Assembly: GCF_006345805.1 (NCBI RefSeq)
Contig: NC_043000.1
Span: forward strand, 30,814,001 to 30,878,000
DNA length: 64,000 bases
Reading direction: 5' to 3'
Source of the DNA: Octopus sinensis
Taxonomy: Eukaryota
Of the stretch, positions 37,939 to 50,365 are shown in pieces (position 1 is the first letter of the stretch; every line of letters starts with the position of its first letter). The position numbers and the translations under genes are program-made. The notes beneath the pieces were generated by a model. That model was given only the letters and a program-made list of their open reading frames with translations. It did no database searches and was not told where the DNA came from.

Positions 37939-40206
37939 TACATATATACGACGGGTTTTCAGTTTACGTCTACGAAATCCACTCACTAGGCTTTGGTTGG
38001 CCCTAGACTATGGCAGGCAGAAGACATCCACCCAGGCACAATTCAGAGTGACTGAACCCGGGACCATGTGGTTGGGAAGCAAGATTCTTACCACAGAGCC
38101 AAAACGGACTTCTTTCAATTTCCGTCTACTAAAATCGACTCACAAGTTCTTGGTCAGTCCGAGAGTACAGTAGAACACTTCTGCAAGATGCCTTGCCGTG
38201 GAAATGAACCCGGAACCATGTGGTTGGGAAACAAGCTCCTTACCTCGTAGCTACGCATGCGTCTGGTGTTGTATTTTATATTATATCGACTAATATAAGG
38301 TCATACATTTTTTTTATTTTGTGTTCGTAGAAAGTCTTGCCACTTTCGATGGGTGCGTATATGTTTGTCCATGTGAGTGTGTGTTTGTTTGTTTGTGTGT
38401 GTGTTTGTGTTGTGTTTGTGTGTCCTTTATGTTTCGTTGAAAGTTTTATATCTATTTCTATCTGAATTGAAATATCTAATAGACTCAGGACGTAAGTCAG
38501 TCATGAGTGGTAGGACAGTTTAACTCAGTTTCTATGGAATATCATTGACTGAGGTAACAACACTCCGCCTGGACGGGCCGCCAGTCCATCGCGCGGTCAA
38601 TTTCCCAACGGCTGCTCGAACTCATTTACAGCTGAGTAGAGTGGAGTAGTGGTTAATACAGCGTTTTACACAAGAACACAACTGCACTGACAGGTCTGAG
38701 AATCGAAGCCACGACCTCATGATTACTATCAGGACAACGACTTCACGATCGTTATATATGAATGATAAAAATTGTAAAAAAGAAAAAAGATCTGGGAATC
38801 TATTGACGGTCGGGAAAGGTACAGTCTCGAAACCTCAAGCTTCCCTTCTCTCTGTCGACATGTCATCTTTCAAATTCACGACCTTTATATTTTATAAATG
38901 TTTCAAATTTTGGCACAATCCCAGCAATTTTAAGGGGAGGGGTAAAGTTTGTTACATAAACCCCGTTGCGCAACATGAACTTATCTTATCGATCTGGAAA
39001 GAATGAAAGTCAGAGTCGGCATCTGAGGAATTTGAATCCGGAACTTAAGGCGTCGGAAGAAATGCCACAAAGCATTTTCACTCACGTGTTAACCTTTCAT
39101 AACTATGGCAGTTGCATAAAGAAATAATTGGGCCAGTAACTTCTCTCTTCATACATCATATCTCTTTTTTTCTTTCTCTTAGCTTTGTTCAAGAGACGGA
39201 CAGAATATATCTATGAAAAAAAAACATTGAATCGAATTATGTCGAGGTGCGGATTTAGGAAACCTGTAACAAGATTAGCTGCTGCACAGTCACTCCATAA
39301 TTTAGACCAAATTGGTTCTTTGTCTTCCAAAAAGGTTACTGCTATTAGCACCTTCCAAAGGGCATTCTCATTTTCTGTTCTCCACTTATTTCACACTTTT
39401 TTCTTATAATCATCATCCCTATTCTCTCTCTTTTGTCTCACCTTCATTAGATGGCTTTTTCTTCATTTAATTTTTTTCATATTCTACTTTATTTCATTTA
39501 TTTCACAATCCTGTTTTGTTCTTTTATATTTTTAGATTTTAAAATGTGTTTATTGTAAAAATGTATGTTTAGATATTGTTTAATTAACCGTGTGTCGTAG
39601 CTGAACACTGGTACTTAAAAAAATACTCCCTGGCAAACATTACCCTGCTGATGCTACAGACTACAAAAATTATTTTGAGTGGGGAAAAAAATTTTAAATA
39701 TTCAATTGGTATGCCTGCCATGAAAATTGTGTTATCATCGCAAATTTTCAAAATATATAAATAACATTTTGTTGCTTTAAATTAAATTAGACTTGCGTTT
39801 CATACAACAATCCAAACGTGTTATTTTATCGTCGTCATTTCATATATGTACAGGATTACTTCACTACTTTATAAAATATTTTTTCGGAGGGCATTATACA
39901 ACACGTCTATTCATGCAACAGGAACAATTATCAACTTCTTTGTGATTTCACATGGAACGAGTTATTTATAAAATTACTAGAAATATTATTAGAAAGTATA
40001 ACGCTATTTAGTTTGAGTTATGCGTTCACGTTTACTTGTCGATTGTATCCAAGGAATATTTTGGTGGAATTTCTTTCCGTATTGCTGTTGTTTTTGTCTA
40101 ATGTAAAAAATACACTAGCAATTGGCAACTCCAGATTTAGATATATTATTTCATAACCCACATAGTTATGATTTTCTTCTGAATCGATATCCATACATCC
40201 ATCTAA

Positions 40207-40272
<66 letters not shown>

Positions 40273-40766
40273 TATATATATAGGGAGAATTCTACGAAGG
40301 TGGTGTACAAAACAAACAGATGTATTAGTATAACGCTCAGGAATTGAAAAAAGTCTTTTACGTTTCGAGCCTACGCTCTTCTACAGAAAGGGACACAGAA
40401 AAAAACAAGGAGAGAAAAAAATAGGTGTAGTGGCTACCGATCTATCATGGTGACTGCCAGACAGAAGGGTCATATATATATATATTCTTGAAACAACGAA
40501 CCTTATCAAAACTATATATTTTTAAAAGTTACACCACCACGTGGACTCTGTTGAAACTAGTAAGAAACAATTATGAACTTTTCTTTTATTACACTTAACT
40601 TTTAAAAATATATATTATTGATAAGGTTCGTTTTTCAAAGAAGAACCGAAACATGTAAAATCTCTCAGAAAATTAAAATTTATCTTATATAGTGGTGTTT
40701 TCAAACTTCCTTTTTATGAATATATACCCACTCGTATGCCACCTACACTTTTTATAAATATCTCTC

Positions 40767-41170
40767 TCTTTACTCTTCTCTTTTACTTGTTTCAGTCATT
40801 TGACTGTGGCCATGCTGGAGCACCGCCTTTAGTCGAGCAACTCGACCCCGGGACTTATTCTTTTGTAGCCCAGTACTTATTCTATCGGTCTTTTTGCCGA
40901 ACCGCTAAGTGACGGGGACGTAAACACCAGCATCGGTTGTCAAGCAATGCTAGGGGAACAAACACAGACACACAAACACACACACATACATATATATACA
41001 TATATACGACAGGCTTCTTTCAGTTTCCGTCTACCAAATCCACTCACAAGGCATTGGTCGGCCCGGGGCTATAGCAGAAGACACTTGCCCAAGATGCCAC
41101 GCAGTGGGACTGAACCCGGAAACATATGGTTGGTTAGCAAGCTACTTACCACACAGCCACTCCTGCGCCT
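40767..41170 (-). mobile_element. SINE family B, full length
   Basis: Complete head-to-tail copy. Confidence 0.93.
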
Positions 41171-41899
41171 ATATGCATATATATTCATATATGCATGTAT
41201 GTATTACTTCATCACTTATAAATAAAGACTAAAGTAGGGTTAGGGTTAATTTCTATTAAGAATTCTCTTGCAAAGGCCACCATGTAAACAAGCTTCGTGC
41301 ACTTTCATCTTCACTGGCCCTTTATTTGCTATTATTTTTTGTTTTCAAAGTTTTTTTGTCGCTATTTGTCTTCTCTCTTAACTCGACAACCTCTTCCAAA
41401 GAAGAAGCTTTGTCTGAAAAGTTGTACTTAAATGATTCCCATTCTATAAGTGTTAAACTAATTTTATCTTGTTCAACCTATCTTACCCATATTCTCTGTT
41501 ACTCCACTACATATATCTATCTATCTATTTACGTACCTACCTACGTACCTACCTGCCTGCCTACCTACCTACCTACCTACCTACCTACCTACCTACCTAT
41601 CTATCTATTTATCTACCTATCTATCTGTCTATCTATCTATATACCTACATATCTATCTATCTAACTCTTTCTACATATATATATATATATATATACATAC
41701 ATCATTTATCATATATACATACACACACAATCAAACACATACACCCATATACTCATAAATATACAAGTGAGCAGATATGGAGACAGTTATGCGAATAAAC
41801 TGTTTGGGTTTGATACAAAAAATATATATACTTTATACATATATATATATAGCGACAAAGCAAAGACTGAAAATTTTCAGACGATGAACATTCAGGTAA

Positions 41900-42620
41900 A
41901 AATATGCAGATATTTGTATATTAACAGACCAAACTTACATAGTGTACAAAAGGGAGAAAGTATGATGTTACAAGTCCAACAGCTGTTTCTGAGGGCTCGA
42001 AGATCCTTCATAATGTTGGCAGATGTAGTTCACCAGAATATGCAAACAGTAACGGAAACAAGTAAACATTGGATAAACCCAGTCGCCGTCTTCGGGTTAG
42101 ACGTAAGATTTACTTCTGCTTTGAAGCTGGAGGCTGGATTTAATTTAGCTTTTAGAAAATTTGATTACCCAAATAGGATATTGGAAACATTTGTATTCCC
42201 AGCAGCACATTTTAATATAGATCATGGTCTTTAGAAGTGCACATCCACTGGTTCCCCTAACTTTGTCTTCAGATCCTATTTATGTTCATATGGTATAAGA
42301 ACCTGTGAATGTTCTTAACAAGTAATTTCATTAAGAATTCCACGATGAATAATTTGACATCGTGTGTTATGAATTACGCAGCTTGATTATGATATTAATG
42401 TTGACAGAATAAACATTGGAAATTGTTTGACATCGTTGGAAAACCGAAATTAAAGTTGTGGGATATTAACCCCCTTCATTGTTGTGGACTAAGAGTAAAA
42501 TGGATCTATGAAGGATAAAATAAATCGAAACATAAAGTAAATATTGCAAGTGAAGGTATTTGAAAGAGAAAACAGCGAATTTTACATTGAAACAACATAA
42601 GGGTGTATGTTGTCCCAATT
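41900..42620 (-). mobile_element. Possible very degenerate Penelope-like RT remnant
   Basis: LCCFNVNSLFS resembles SFDVxSLFT; NFLKAKL..PKTATGF resembles FLD..YRKPTxTG; many stops. Confidence 0.3.
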
Positions 42621-43101
42621 AGGGGAAGCAGATATTTCTTAGTTGCGTATTGTTGTTTTTCAAAATGTCTTCATTTTCCGAATATTTCGGATTTGTTTAA
42701 ATGAACTTCTTTATGGAGGTTTTTGAAGTCTGTCTTCCTCTCTACAGTACATAGCCTTTTTTTTTTTCTAAAATTCAGTTTCCTTGGGTCTGGATCTTTC
42801 CAGGTTCTTTCCATTTTGCTTGTTCTGATCTTACCTCTCCTATCACATTCGACACATATTTTCCTTCAACAACTCTATTTTGATTTATACCATCAGAAAC
42901 TTACCTGTTACATATTCGGAGCACAAAATATTCTAATCGCATTTTCGTAGCCGGCCTCATCTGCCAGATGTCTCTTGGCATTCAACAAAAATTCCTTCGC
43001 GTGTAGTACGATTGCTTGACCTGCTAGAAGAAGTAATCAAATCTCCCTGAAGCCACATCCGGTTGCCTTAGAAATTACAAGACACATTTGATAATCTTCA
43101 T

Positions 43102-43296
43102 CTTTTATCTGTTACTTGCTTAGTGATTAGACTGTGGCCATGCTGGGGTACCACCTTGAGAGTTTTAGTCGAATGGATCAATCCCAGTACTTATTCCAAT
43201 GAGCCTTTTTGCCGAACCGCTAAGTTACGGGTATGTAAACACATCAATACTTTTTTTCAAGCAGTGCTAAGGGACAGATACAAACACAAAGACACA

Positions 43297-43355
<59 letters not shown>

Positions 43356-43500
43356 CGGGCTTCTTTCAGTTTTCATCTACCAATCCTACTCAGAAGTATT
43401 TGGTCGGCCCAGGGCTATAGTAGAGGATACTCGCCCAAGATACCACGCAGTGGGACTGAACCCGGATCTATATGGTCGGAAAGCAAACTTCTTACCACAC
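43102..43500 (-). mobile_element. SINE family B
   Basis: Homology, internal (CA)n. Confidence 0.85.
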
Positions 43501-44479
43501 ATCCCGTCTTTTTTCCTGTGTTTTTTTGGGGGGGCGGGGGGGATATAAAATTACATTATTGAAGATGTCTTTCCTGTTTTTATAAAGACGGCATGACACA
43601 ATTAGAGGATTATTTTTTGGACATTTCTTGCACCTCAGTCAATCACATACAGACCCGTGCCAGAGCTTATATTATTTACTTCAAATGTATTTCATCGATG
43701 TAAAGCAGTAGTTCTCAACCATTTTTCACGTATTTTAATTGGATGGATCCTCATAGACATTCCTTGTTTTAAAAAAAAAACATCTTATTATCCTCTTATA
43801 ATTAAATATTATTTGAAGTTATATGTAAAAGGAATATGTTAAAGTATTTTATGCAATTGCAGAAGTAGGTGTTGATTGGTGGATTTTGTTCGTCGGGATC
43901 ATGTGACATGTTCCTGCAAACTCAAACGGTGCTTTGCAGATGGTGATGAGTCATAGGCGTTGGTCTGCTCTACTTCTGACCCCTTCGTTGCTGATAAAGT
44001 CGGTCTATTTGACGCCTTGCATTTATGCAATTCAATCGCTGTAGATGGTTTTATTTTACCATTCCATAAAAGATTACCAGAATTTAATCCGTATAAGCTA
44101 ATTATACTATTTAATCAGTACAAAGAATTACTACCAGTCATTCAATTTACAAATTTCAATCGATTTACAAGATTCAATCGATATACAAATATTTTGATGG
44201 TATTTGATGAAAGAAATTAAATTAAACAATACAAAATATAAAACCGTTAGAAAACAAAATATCTTAATGACTTCATTTCCGTTGCTAATTCTTCAATTAT
44301 TTCACCAATAAGGCAAAACATTTAAACACCCTCCTCCAATTTTCCTTTGACCGCCCAACTATTTCTTGTTATCTGATAAACCATGTGATGTTATTTACTT
44401 GTCTTGTTTCAATGTATTTACTTATTTATTTAATTATTTATTTGTTTATTGATTGGGAAGAAATTGTTGTCAATTCTTG

Positions 44480-45770
44480 TAGTGGTGGTGGTGGTAGTGT
44501 TGATGGTAGTAGTGTTGGTAGTGATGGCGGTGGTGGTGGTGGTGTTGATGCTAGAAGTGTTGGTGGTGTTGGTAGTGGTGGTGGTAGTGTTGATGGTAGA
44601 AGTGTTGGTGGTGGTGGTGATAGTGGTGGTGGTAGTAGTTGTTGGTGGCTGTAGTGATGGTGGTGATGGTGGTGGTGGTGATAGTGTTGCCTCTGGCAGT
44701 TTTTGTGACAGTGATTGTGGCTGATGTTGTTTCTGTTGTTATTATTGCTGTTGTTGTTGTTGGTGGTGGTGGTGGTGGTGGTAGTTGTGGTGATGGCAGT
44801 GGCGATGTTGTTGGCTGTAGTGCTGGTGGTGGTGACTCAGCTAGTTCTAGGCGTGGTGGTGGTGTGTTGGAGAAGGTGGTAGTTCTGTTGATAATGGTTG
44901 TAGTGGTTGTAGTGACCGTGGTGGTGCTTTTGATTGCTGTGGTTGTAGTACAAGTTGATAGATGTAGTAGTGGTGGTGGTGGTTGAGGTAGTGGTGGTGG
45001 TAGGGGTTGTGGTGGTGGTAGTAGTGGTTGTGGTAGTGATGGTAGTGGTTGTGGTGTGGTAGCGTTTGTGGTGGTGGCAATAGCTGTAGTGGTGATGGTG
45101 GTGTTGGTTGTGGAGGTGATGGTGATGGTGGTTGTGGTTGTGGTAGTGGTTGTGGTTGTTGTGTGGTAGTGTTTGTGGTGGTGGCAATAGTTGTGATGAT
45201 GATAGTGGTGGTGGTTGTGGTGGTGATGGTGGTTGTGGTTGTCGTGGTTGTGGTGGTAATGGTGGTGATCGTGGTGGTAATGGTGGTGATTGTGGTGATG
45301 GTAGATGTGTTGTTGGTGGTGGTGGTGATAGTGATGGTGGTGGTAGTGTTAGTTGTGGTGGTCGTGGTTGTGGTTATGGTGGTTGTGGTGGTAGTAGTTG
45401 TGGTGATAATGGTGGTGGTAGTAGTGGTGGTGGTAGGAATTATGGTGGTGGTAATTGTGGTTGTACTAGTGGTGGTGGTGGTAGTGATTGTTGTAGTGGT
45501 GGTAGTAGTGGTTGTAGTGGTAACTGTTGGTGGTGCTGATGCTGGTGCTGACGGTAGTAGTCGAGGCTGTGGTGATGATTGCAGTGGCGGTGGTAATGGT
45601 AATAGTGAAGACATTTGTGGTTGTGATGGTAGCAGATGTGATAATGGCGATGATGATTTTGAACGTAGTGGTGGTGTTGGTGGTGGTGGTGGTGGTGGTG
45701 GTAGTAATGATGGTGGCAGTTATAGGAGCAGAGGTTGTAATGTCGTTAATATGGTAGTGGTGGTGGTATG
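44480..45770. repeat. Degenerate (GGT/GAT/GTT)n triplet low-complexity block
   Basis: Directly visible; gives poly-V/G/T ORFs in several frames on both strands. Confidence 0.95.
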
Positions 45771-46059
45771 TAATACCATCTGTTGCCTATCACTAACCAC
45801 CTTTGACACTTCCCTATCTTCTTACATTCAAACACTAAGATATGAAATCAGATGTCACTACTGTTCATATCATCTGTGGATAAATTTTAAAATTGATGAT
45901 ATCACCAGCAGTGACATAGGTGGATCGCAGGTGCAATAGCATTAAATAGCTATGAGTTATAAATTTGTACGAAGCGTAAGGATGCTTAACAAACATCACC
46001 TGCTAGAAATAAGAGCTAAATTCTTAAATTAATCCAAAAGAGAAACAAATTTCTTGCAG

Positions 46060-47165
46060 TGAACTACCGTCCCATTTCGCTCACTTCTCATGTCATTAAA
46101 GTATTAAAGAGAGGGTGGTGAGATCGCGAATAACACACTTCCTCGAAGACAACAATCTGCTGAACCCCAACCATCATGGTTTCCGTGATGGCAAGGACTG
46201 CCTGTCGCAGCTTCTGCACCATTTTGATGACATCTTAAAAGAATTGGGAGAGTGCTCCAACACTGACGTCATATACCTTGATTTCAGCAAGGCATTTGAA
46301 GAAACTGTCTAACATTGGAATCGGTGGAAAGCTACTGCAGTGGATAAAGTGTTTCCTGGCGAATAAAACCCAACATTTTATGTTTGAGGGAATACGATCC
46401 AGCTCAGCCAAAGTAGTGGTGTCCCACAAGGTACTGTGTTGTGTCCACTCCTCTTCATTATTTACACCAACGACACGACAGTAGATGTCATCAAACATTC
46501 TACATTGAAAATCTTTGCAGATGATTCCAAACTCCAGAAAGCCATAAACGGCATGCGAGACCTGACATGCCTTCGGTTAGATCTGTTTGCTTATACTCCA
46601 ATGGGCGTAAAAAATAACAATATGCTTTTAAAGGAAGATAAATTTGATTTGATCCACTTTGGGAAAGAGGAAACTCTGAAATTACCATATGCTCTTCCCT
46701 CGGGCGATTCCTTAGTGTCATCGAACAAAACCAGTGATTGTTGATAACCATCTAAGCTGGAATTCCTACGTAAACAACAAGATTGACTTGGCCCGCAAGA
46801 TCTACTCCTGGATTCTGAGAACTTTCCGGTCTACTTTTGTCCGCCCCACCTTGAGTACTGTTGTCCTCTGTGCCCGCACCATACGAAACAACTCATTATG
46901 AAAGTAGAAACACTCCAGAGTTCTACAAGAAGAAAGATAGACGACATGGGAGTCATTGATTATTGGGATTCACTTCTCTCCAACCCCGCCGGGAGCACTA
47001 CATCATTTATGTTATGTGGCAAAATATTCCATCAATATTGCACAGATGATGTTGGCATCAATTTTAAAGTCCATCCAAGACTTGACCCCCGTGCTATCCG
47101 TCCACTACCAAAATCGAACTCGGTACACATAGCAGCATTACGTCACAATTCCTTTACCTCAACCG
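46060..47165 (+). mobile_element. CR1/L2-group LINE reverse transcriptase remnant
   Basis: NYRPISLTS, HGFRDGKDCLSQLL, YLDFSKAF, GVPQG, LCPLLFIIYTND, IFADDSKL, RPHLEYC across frameshifts. Confidence 0.93.
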
Positions 47166-47167
47166 GT

Positions 47168-47390
47168 CTGGCAGAAACGTTAGCACGCCGGGCGAAATGC
47201 GTAGCCGTATTTCGTCTGTCGTTACGTTCTGAGTTCAAATTCCGCCGAGGTCGACTTTGCTTTTCATCCTTTCGGGGTCGATAAAGTAAGTACCAGTTAC
47301 GCACTGGGGTCGATGTAATAGACTTAATACCTATGTCTGTCCTTGTTTGTCCCCTCTGTGTTTAGCATCTTGTGGGTAGTAAAGAAATAG
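47168..47390 (+). mobile_element. SINE family A
   Basis: Homology to 26921-27155. Confidence 0.9.
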
Positions 47391-47656
47391 ATATACAATA
47401 TATATTGCTAGCAGAGGGAGCGATCCCCTGCTATATCCCCGTAGACACAGGATCGCAAGACTGACTCATTTTCGAGCTGCTTCGCTCATCCCCAGTCGCG
47501 AGTACCTAACCGCCAGATCAATAGCCATGGCTCGCTCTCACTAGTCATGTATTGTAAACAAAGTGACCATCGGCCACTGATTTGCAAAAAGCAAGATAGC
47601 TGGTCGTAAACTCTCAAGAAGAGAGTAAAGTAGAAACGATAAAGACAAGGGAAATC

Positions 47657-47848
47657 ATTCGTCACATTAAGATGTCTGTTCCATGTAACTACTTGTTTAA
47701 CCCCAGTGGATGGTTGGGTTTCTCTCCCACTACTAGCCATATATATTGTATATAGGAGATGCAACTTTGTCCTGTTGGCCAACTGGTGGACAATCTGCCT
47801 GGGGTTAAACAAGTAGTAACATGGAACAGCGACTTTGACGTGGCGAAT
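47657..47848. repeat. Inverted repeat (31-bp near-perfect core arms 47676-47706 / 47799-47829)
   Basis: ctgttccatgtWactacttgtttaaccccag on both strands, one mismatch, weaker outward extension. Confidence 0.85.
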
Positions 47849-47900
47849 ATCTTTACTTCTTTCTATAGTTACTAATTTGATTGTTTCTTGAAATTTTACG

Positions 47901-47939
<39 letters not shown>

Positions 47940-47944
47940 AACGC

Positions 47945-48152
47945 GCCAGGTTTCCCGGTTTCTGTGGCGTATGTGTTCCCCAGCTGGACGGGACGCCTGT
48001 CCACCGCAGCGTTACTCATTTTTGCTAGCTGAGTGGACTGGAGCAACGTGAAATGAAGTGCTCAAGAACACAACGCATCGCCCGGTACAGGAATCGAAAC
48101 CACAATCTTACGATCATGATGCTGACCCCCTAACCACTAAGCCACATGCCTT
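47945..48152 (-). mobile_element. tRNA-derived SINE with Deu-like domain
   Basis: Head aaggcatgtggcttagtggttagg..ggtttcgattcc; ctccagtccactcagct; ggcgtcccgtccag. Confidence 0.82.
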
Positions 48153-48176
48153 TACACACACGCGCGCGCGCGCATA

Positions 48177-48254
<78 letters not shown>

Positions 48255-48364
48255 GCATATATATATATATGTGGATATATCTACATATATATATATATAC
48301 ATACACATATATATATATATGCATATACATATATAGATATATGTACACACACAAATATATATAT

Positions 48365-48397
<33 letters not shown>

Positions 48398-48837
48398 TAT
48401 AATCTTTCAATTTTTATCTCTTTACCCCACTCTCTGTACACACACACACACACATACACAGTGCATCACACACGGACACGCCTACACTCACCCTTGATAT
48501 GGTGTATTTTGTTAGCGATTGCAACAAAGCCTCGGTTCGGCGACACAATACGCAGGACGTAAAAGAGTGTTGGACTTTTCACCGCCGTTTACCGACGCTT
48601 CAATCTACAAGATCATTCTGATGTGGAAGACACGACACAGCACTGGGCGGCGGCGGCTGCAGTAGCAATTGATACTTGGCGCATAACACACGGACACACA
48701 CACTCTCTCTCGCTTGTTCCGTCGGTTGTATCTTAACGGCTGCAGCGATGCTTCCATTCGGGCGGCGCAACACGTAACACGGAAAATATGTCGGACCTCC
48801 CACCGTTTACTAGTGTATCCTTCGACTCGTTCATTCT

Positions 48838-49255
48838 GATACCTATTTCCTTACTACCTACAAGGGGCTAAACACAGAGGGAACAAACAAGGACAGACAA
48901 ACGGATTAAGTCGATTATATCGACCCCAGTGCATAACTGGTACTTATTTAATCGACCCCGAAAGGATGAAAGGCAAAGTCGACCTCGGCGGAATTTGAAC
49001 TCACAACGTAGCGGCAGACGAAATACATATTTCTTTACTACCTACAAGGGGCTAAACACAGAGAGAACAAACAAGGACAGACAAACGTATTAAGTTTATT
49101 ATATCGACCCCAGTGCATAACTGGTACTTATTTAATCGACCCCGAAAGGATGAAAGGCAAAGTCGACCTCGGTGGAATTTGAACTCAGAATGTAACGGCA
49201 CATGAAATACTGCTAAGCATTTCGCCCGGGCGTGCTAACGCTTCTGCCAGCTCGC
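48838..49255 (-). mobile_element. SINE family A tandem dimer
   Basis: Two near-identical ~185-bp units with a single head. Confidence 0.92.
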
Positions 49256-49924
49256 TAGGCAGAACACTGGGTGGTTGCTGAAGCAACGGACATCACTTAA
49301 TGCATAACACACGGACAAACACACAGAGACGCGCACTCGATCCAGGGGCCTTAGTTCACCGCTTCGGCGATGCTCTAATTCGGCACGCAATACACAACAC
49401 TAAAAAGAGTGTTGAACAATGTAGCTGCCGTTTACCGGCGATCGTTCTAATTGTTTAGCACTAAAAGCTGTCGTGCACGAATGTGTGTGATCGTATGTTG
49501 GGCTTGAAGTGATTTTTGCTTCTACAGCATCCACCCGGATTACTTTCACGTGTATTCAGAGAGAACGAGTTGCATGAAACTTGTTTAAACAGCGGGAGTA
49601 AGTCCGACCCTCTTCTAAGTGCTGTGTATTGCGTCGCCGAATGGAAGCTTCGCCGCAACCACAAAGGGAAACGGGATGAAGAAGAAAAGCGAATGCGCGT
49701 TGACTTGTGATTTCAGTTGCTGCAGCAGCCAACCTATGATTTGTATTGAGATGTAAGTGTGAACTATTGGGACCAAATGCAGTTGAAGGGCGCGAGTAAT
49801 TCTGAAACTCTGAGTATTGCGCCGAATAGATGTATTTAATTGTTTAACTAATGATTAATCATATAGTTACTATTTGTGTGTGTGTGTATGTGTGTGTGTA
49901 TGTGTGTGTGTGTGTCTTTGTGTT

Positions 49925-50365
49925 GGATCTTTTCGGTTTGACCGGCAGTTTCTTAAAATAATTTCCACGTAACTAAACACTTTTAAACTTCGTATACTGG
50001 TAGAATGTGTTTATAAAACATCTTTTTCTCTTGGCTTTATTGAGAAAATTCTATAGTTTGTAAGATATTTATTGCTTTTTTTTTCTTCAATTTCTGCAAT
50101 TTCAACCAATCAATGATGTCTATTGAGGTGAAAACATTCTGTGCCGTATGAATATGTCCCTCGTTTAAAAAACAGATTGGGTTTATTTACATTTCTGAAG
50201 AAAAAAAGATACCCTTCCCCCCACCCCTAACCCTAACTAACCATAACTCTAACCCTAACCCTAAAACAGATTGAAATGCAATAGATCGATACTAGGGTCA
50301 TAATTATGGGTGACAATTTCATATGACACTGCTAGAAAAAACTGCCGTTCAAACCGAAAAGATCC
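49925..50365. mobile_element. Non-autonomous DNA transposon with 27-bp TIRs and 8-bp TSD (Merlin-like), nested in a SINE B
   Basis: TIR ggatcttttcggtttgaMcggcagttt at both ends; TSD tttgtgtt (49917-49924, 50366-50373); internal CCCTAA repeats. Confidence 0.9.

Noticed and set aside
41236-41248. Telomere repeat agggttagggtta
   Set aside because: Only two units, compatible with chance or a TE fragment.
44847-45939. 255-aa Thr-rich and 296-aa Val-rich ORFs as mucin or membrane proteins
   Set aside because: Products of a degenerate triplet repeat, with no non-repetitive domain or evident splice structure.
47486-48046. 186-aa minus-strand ORF
   Set aside because: Chance read-through of a SINE, (TA)n and an inverted repeat.
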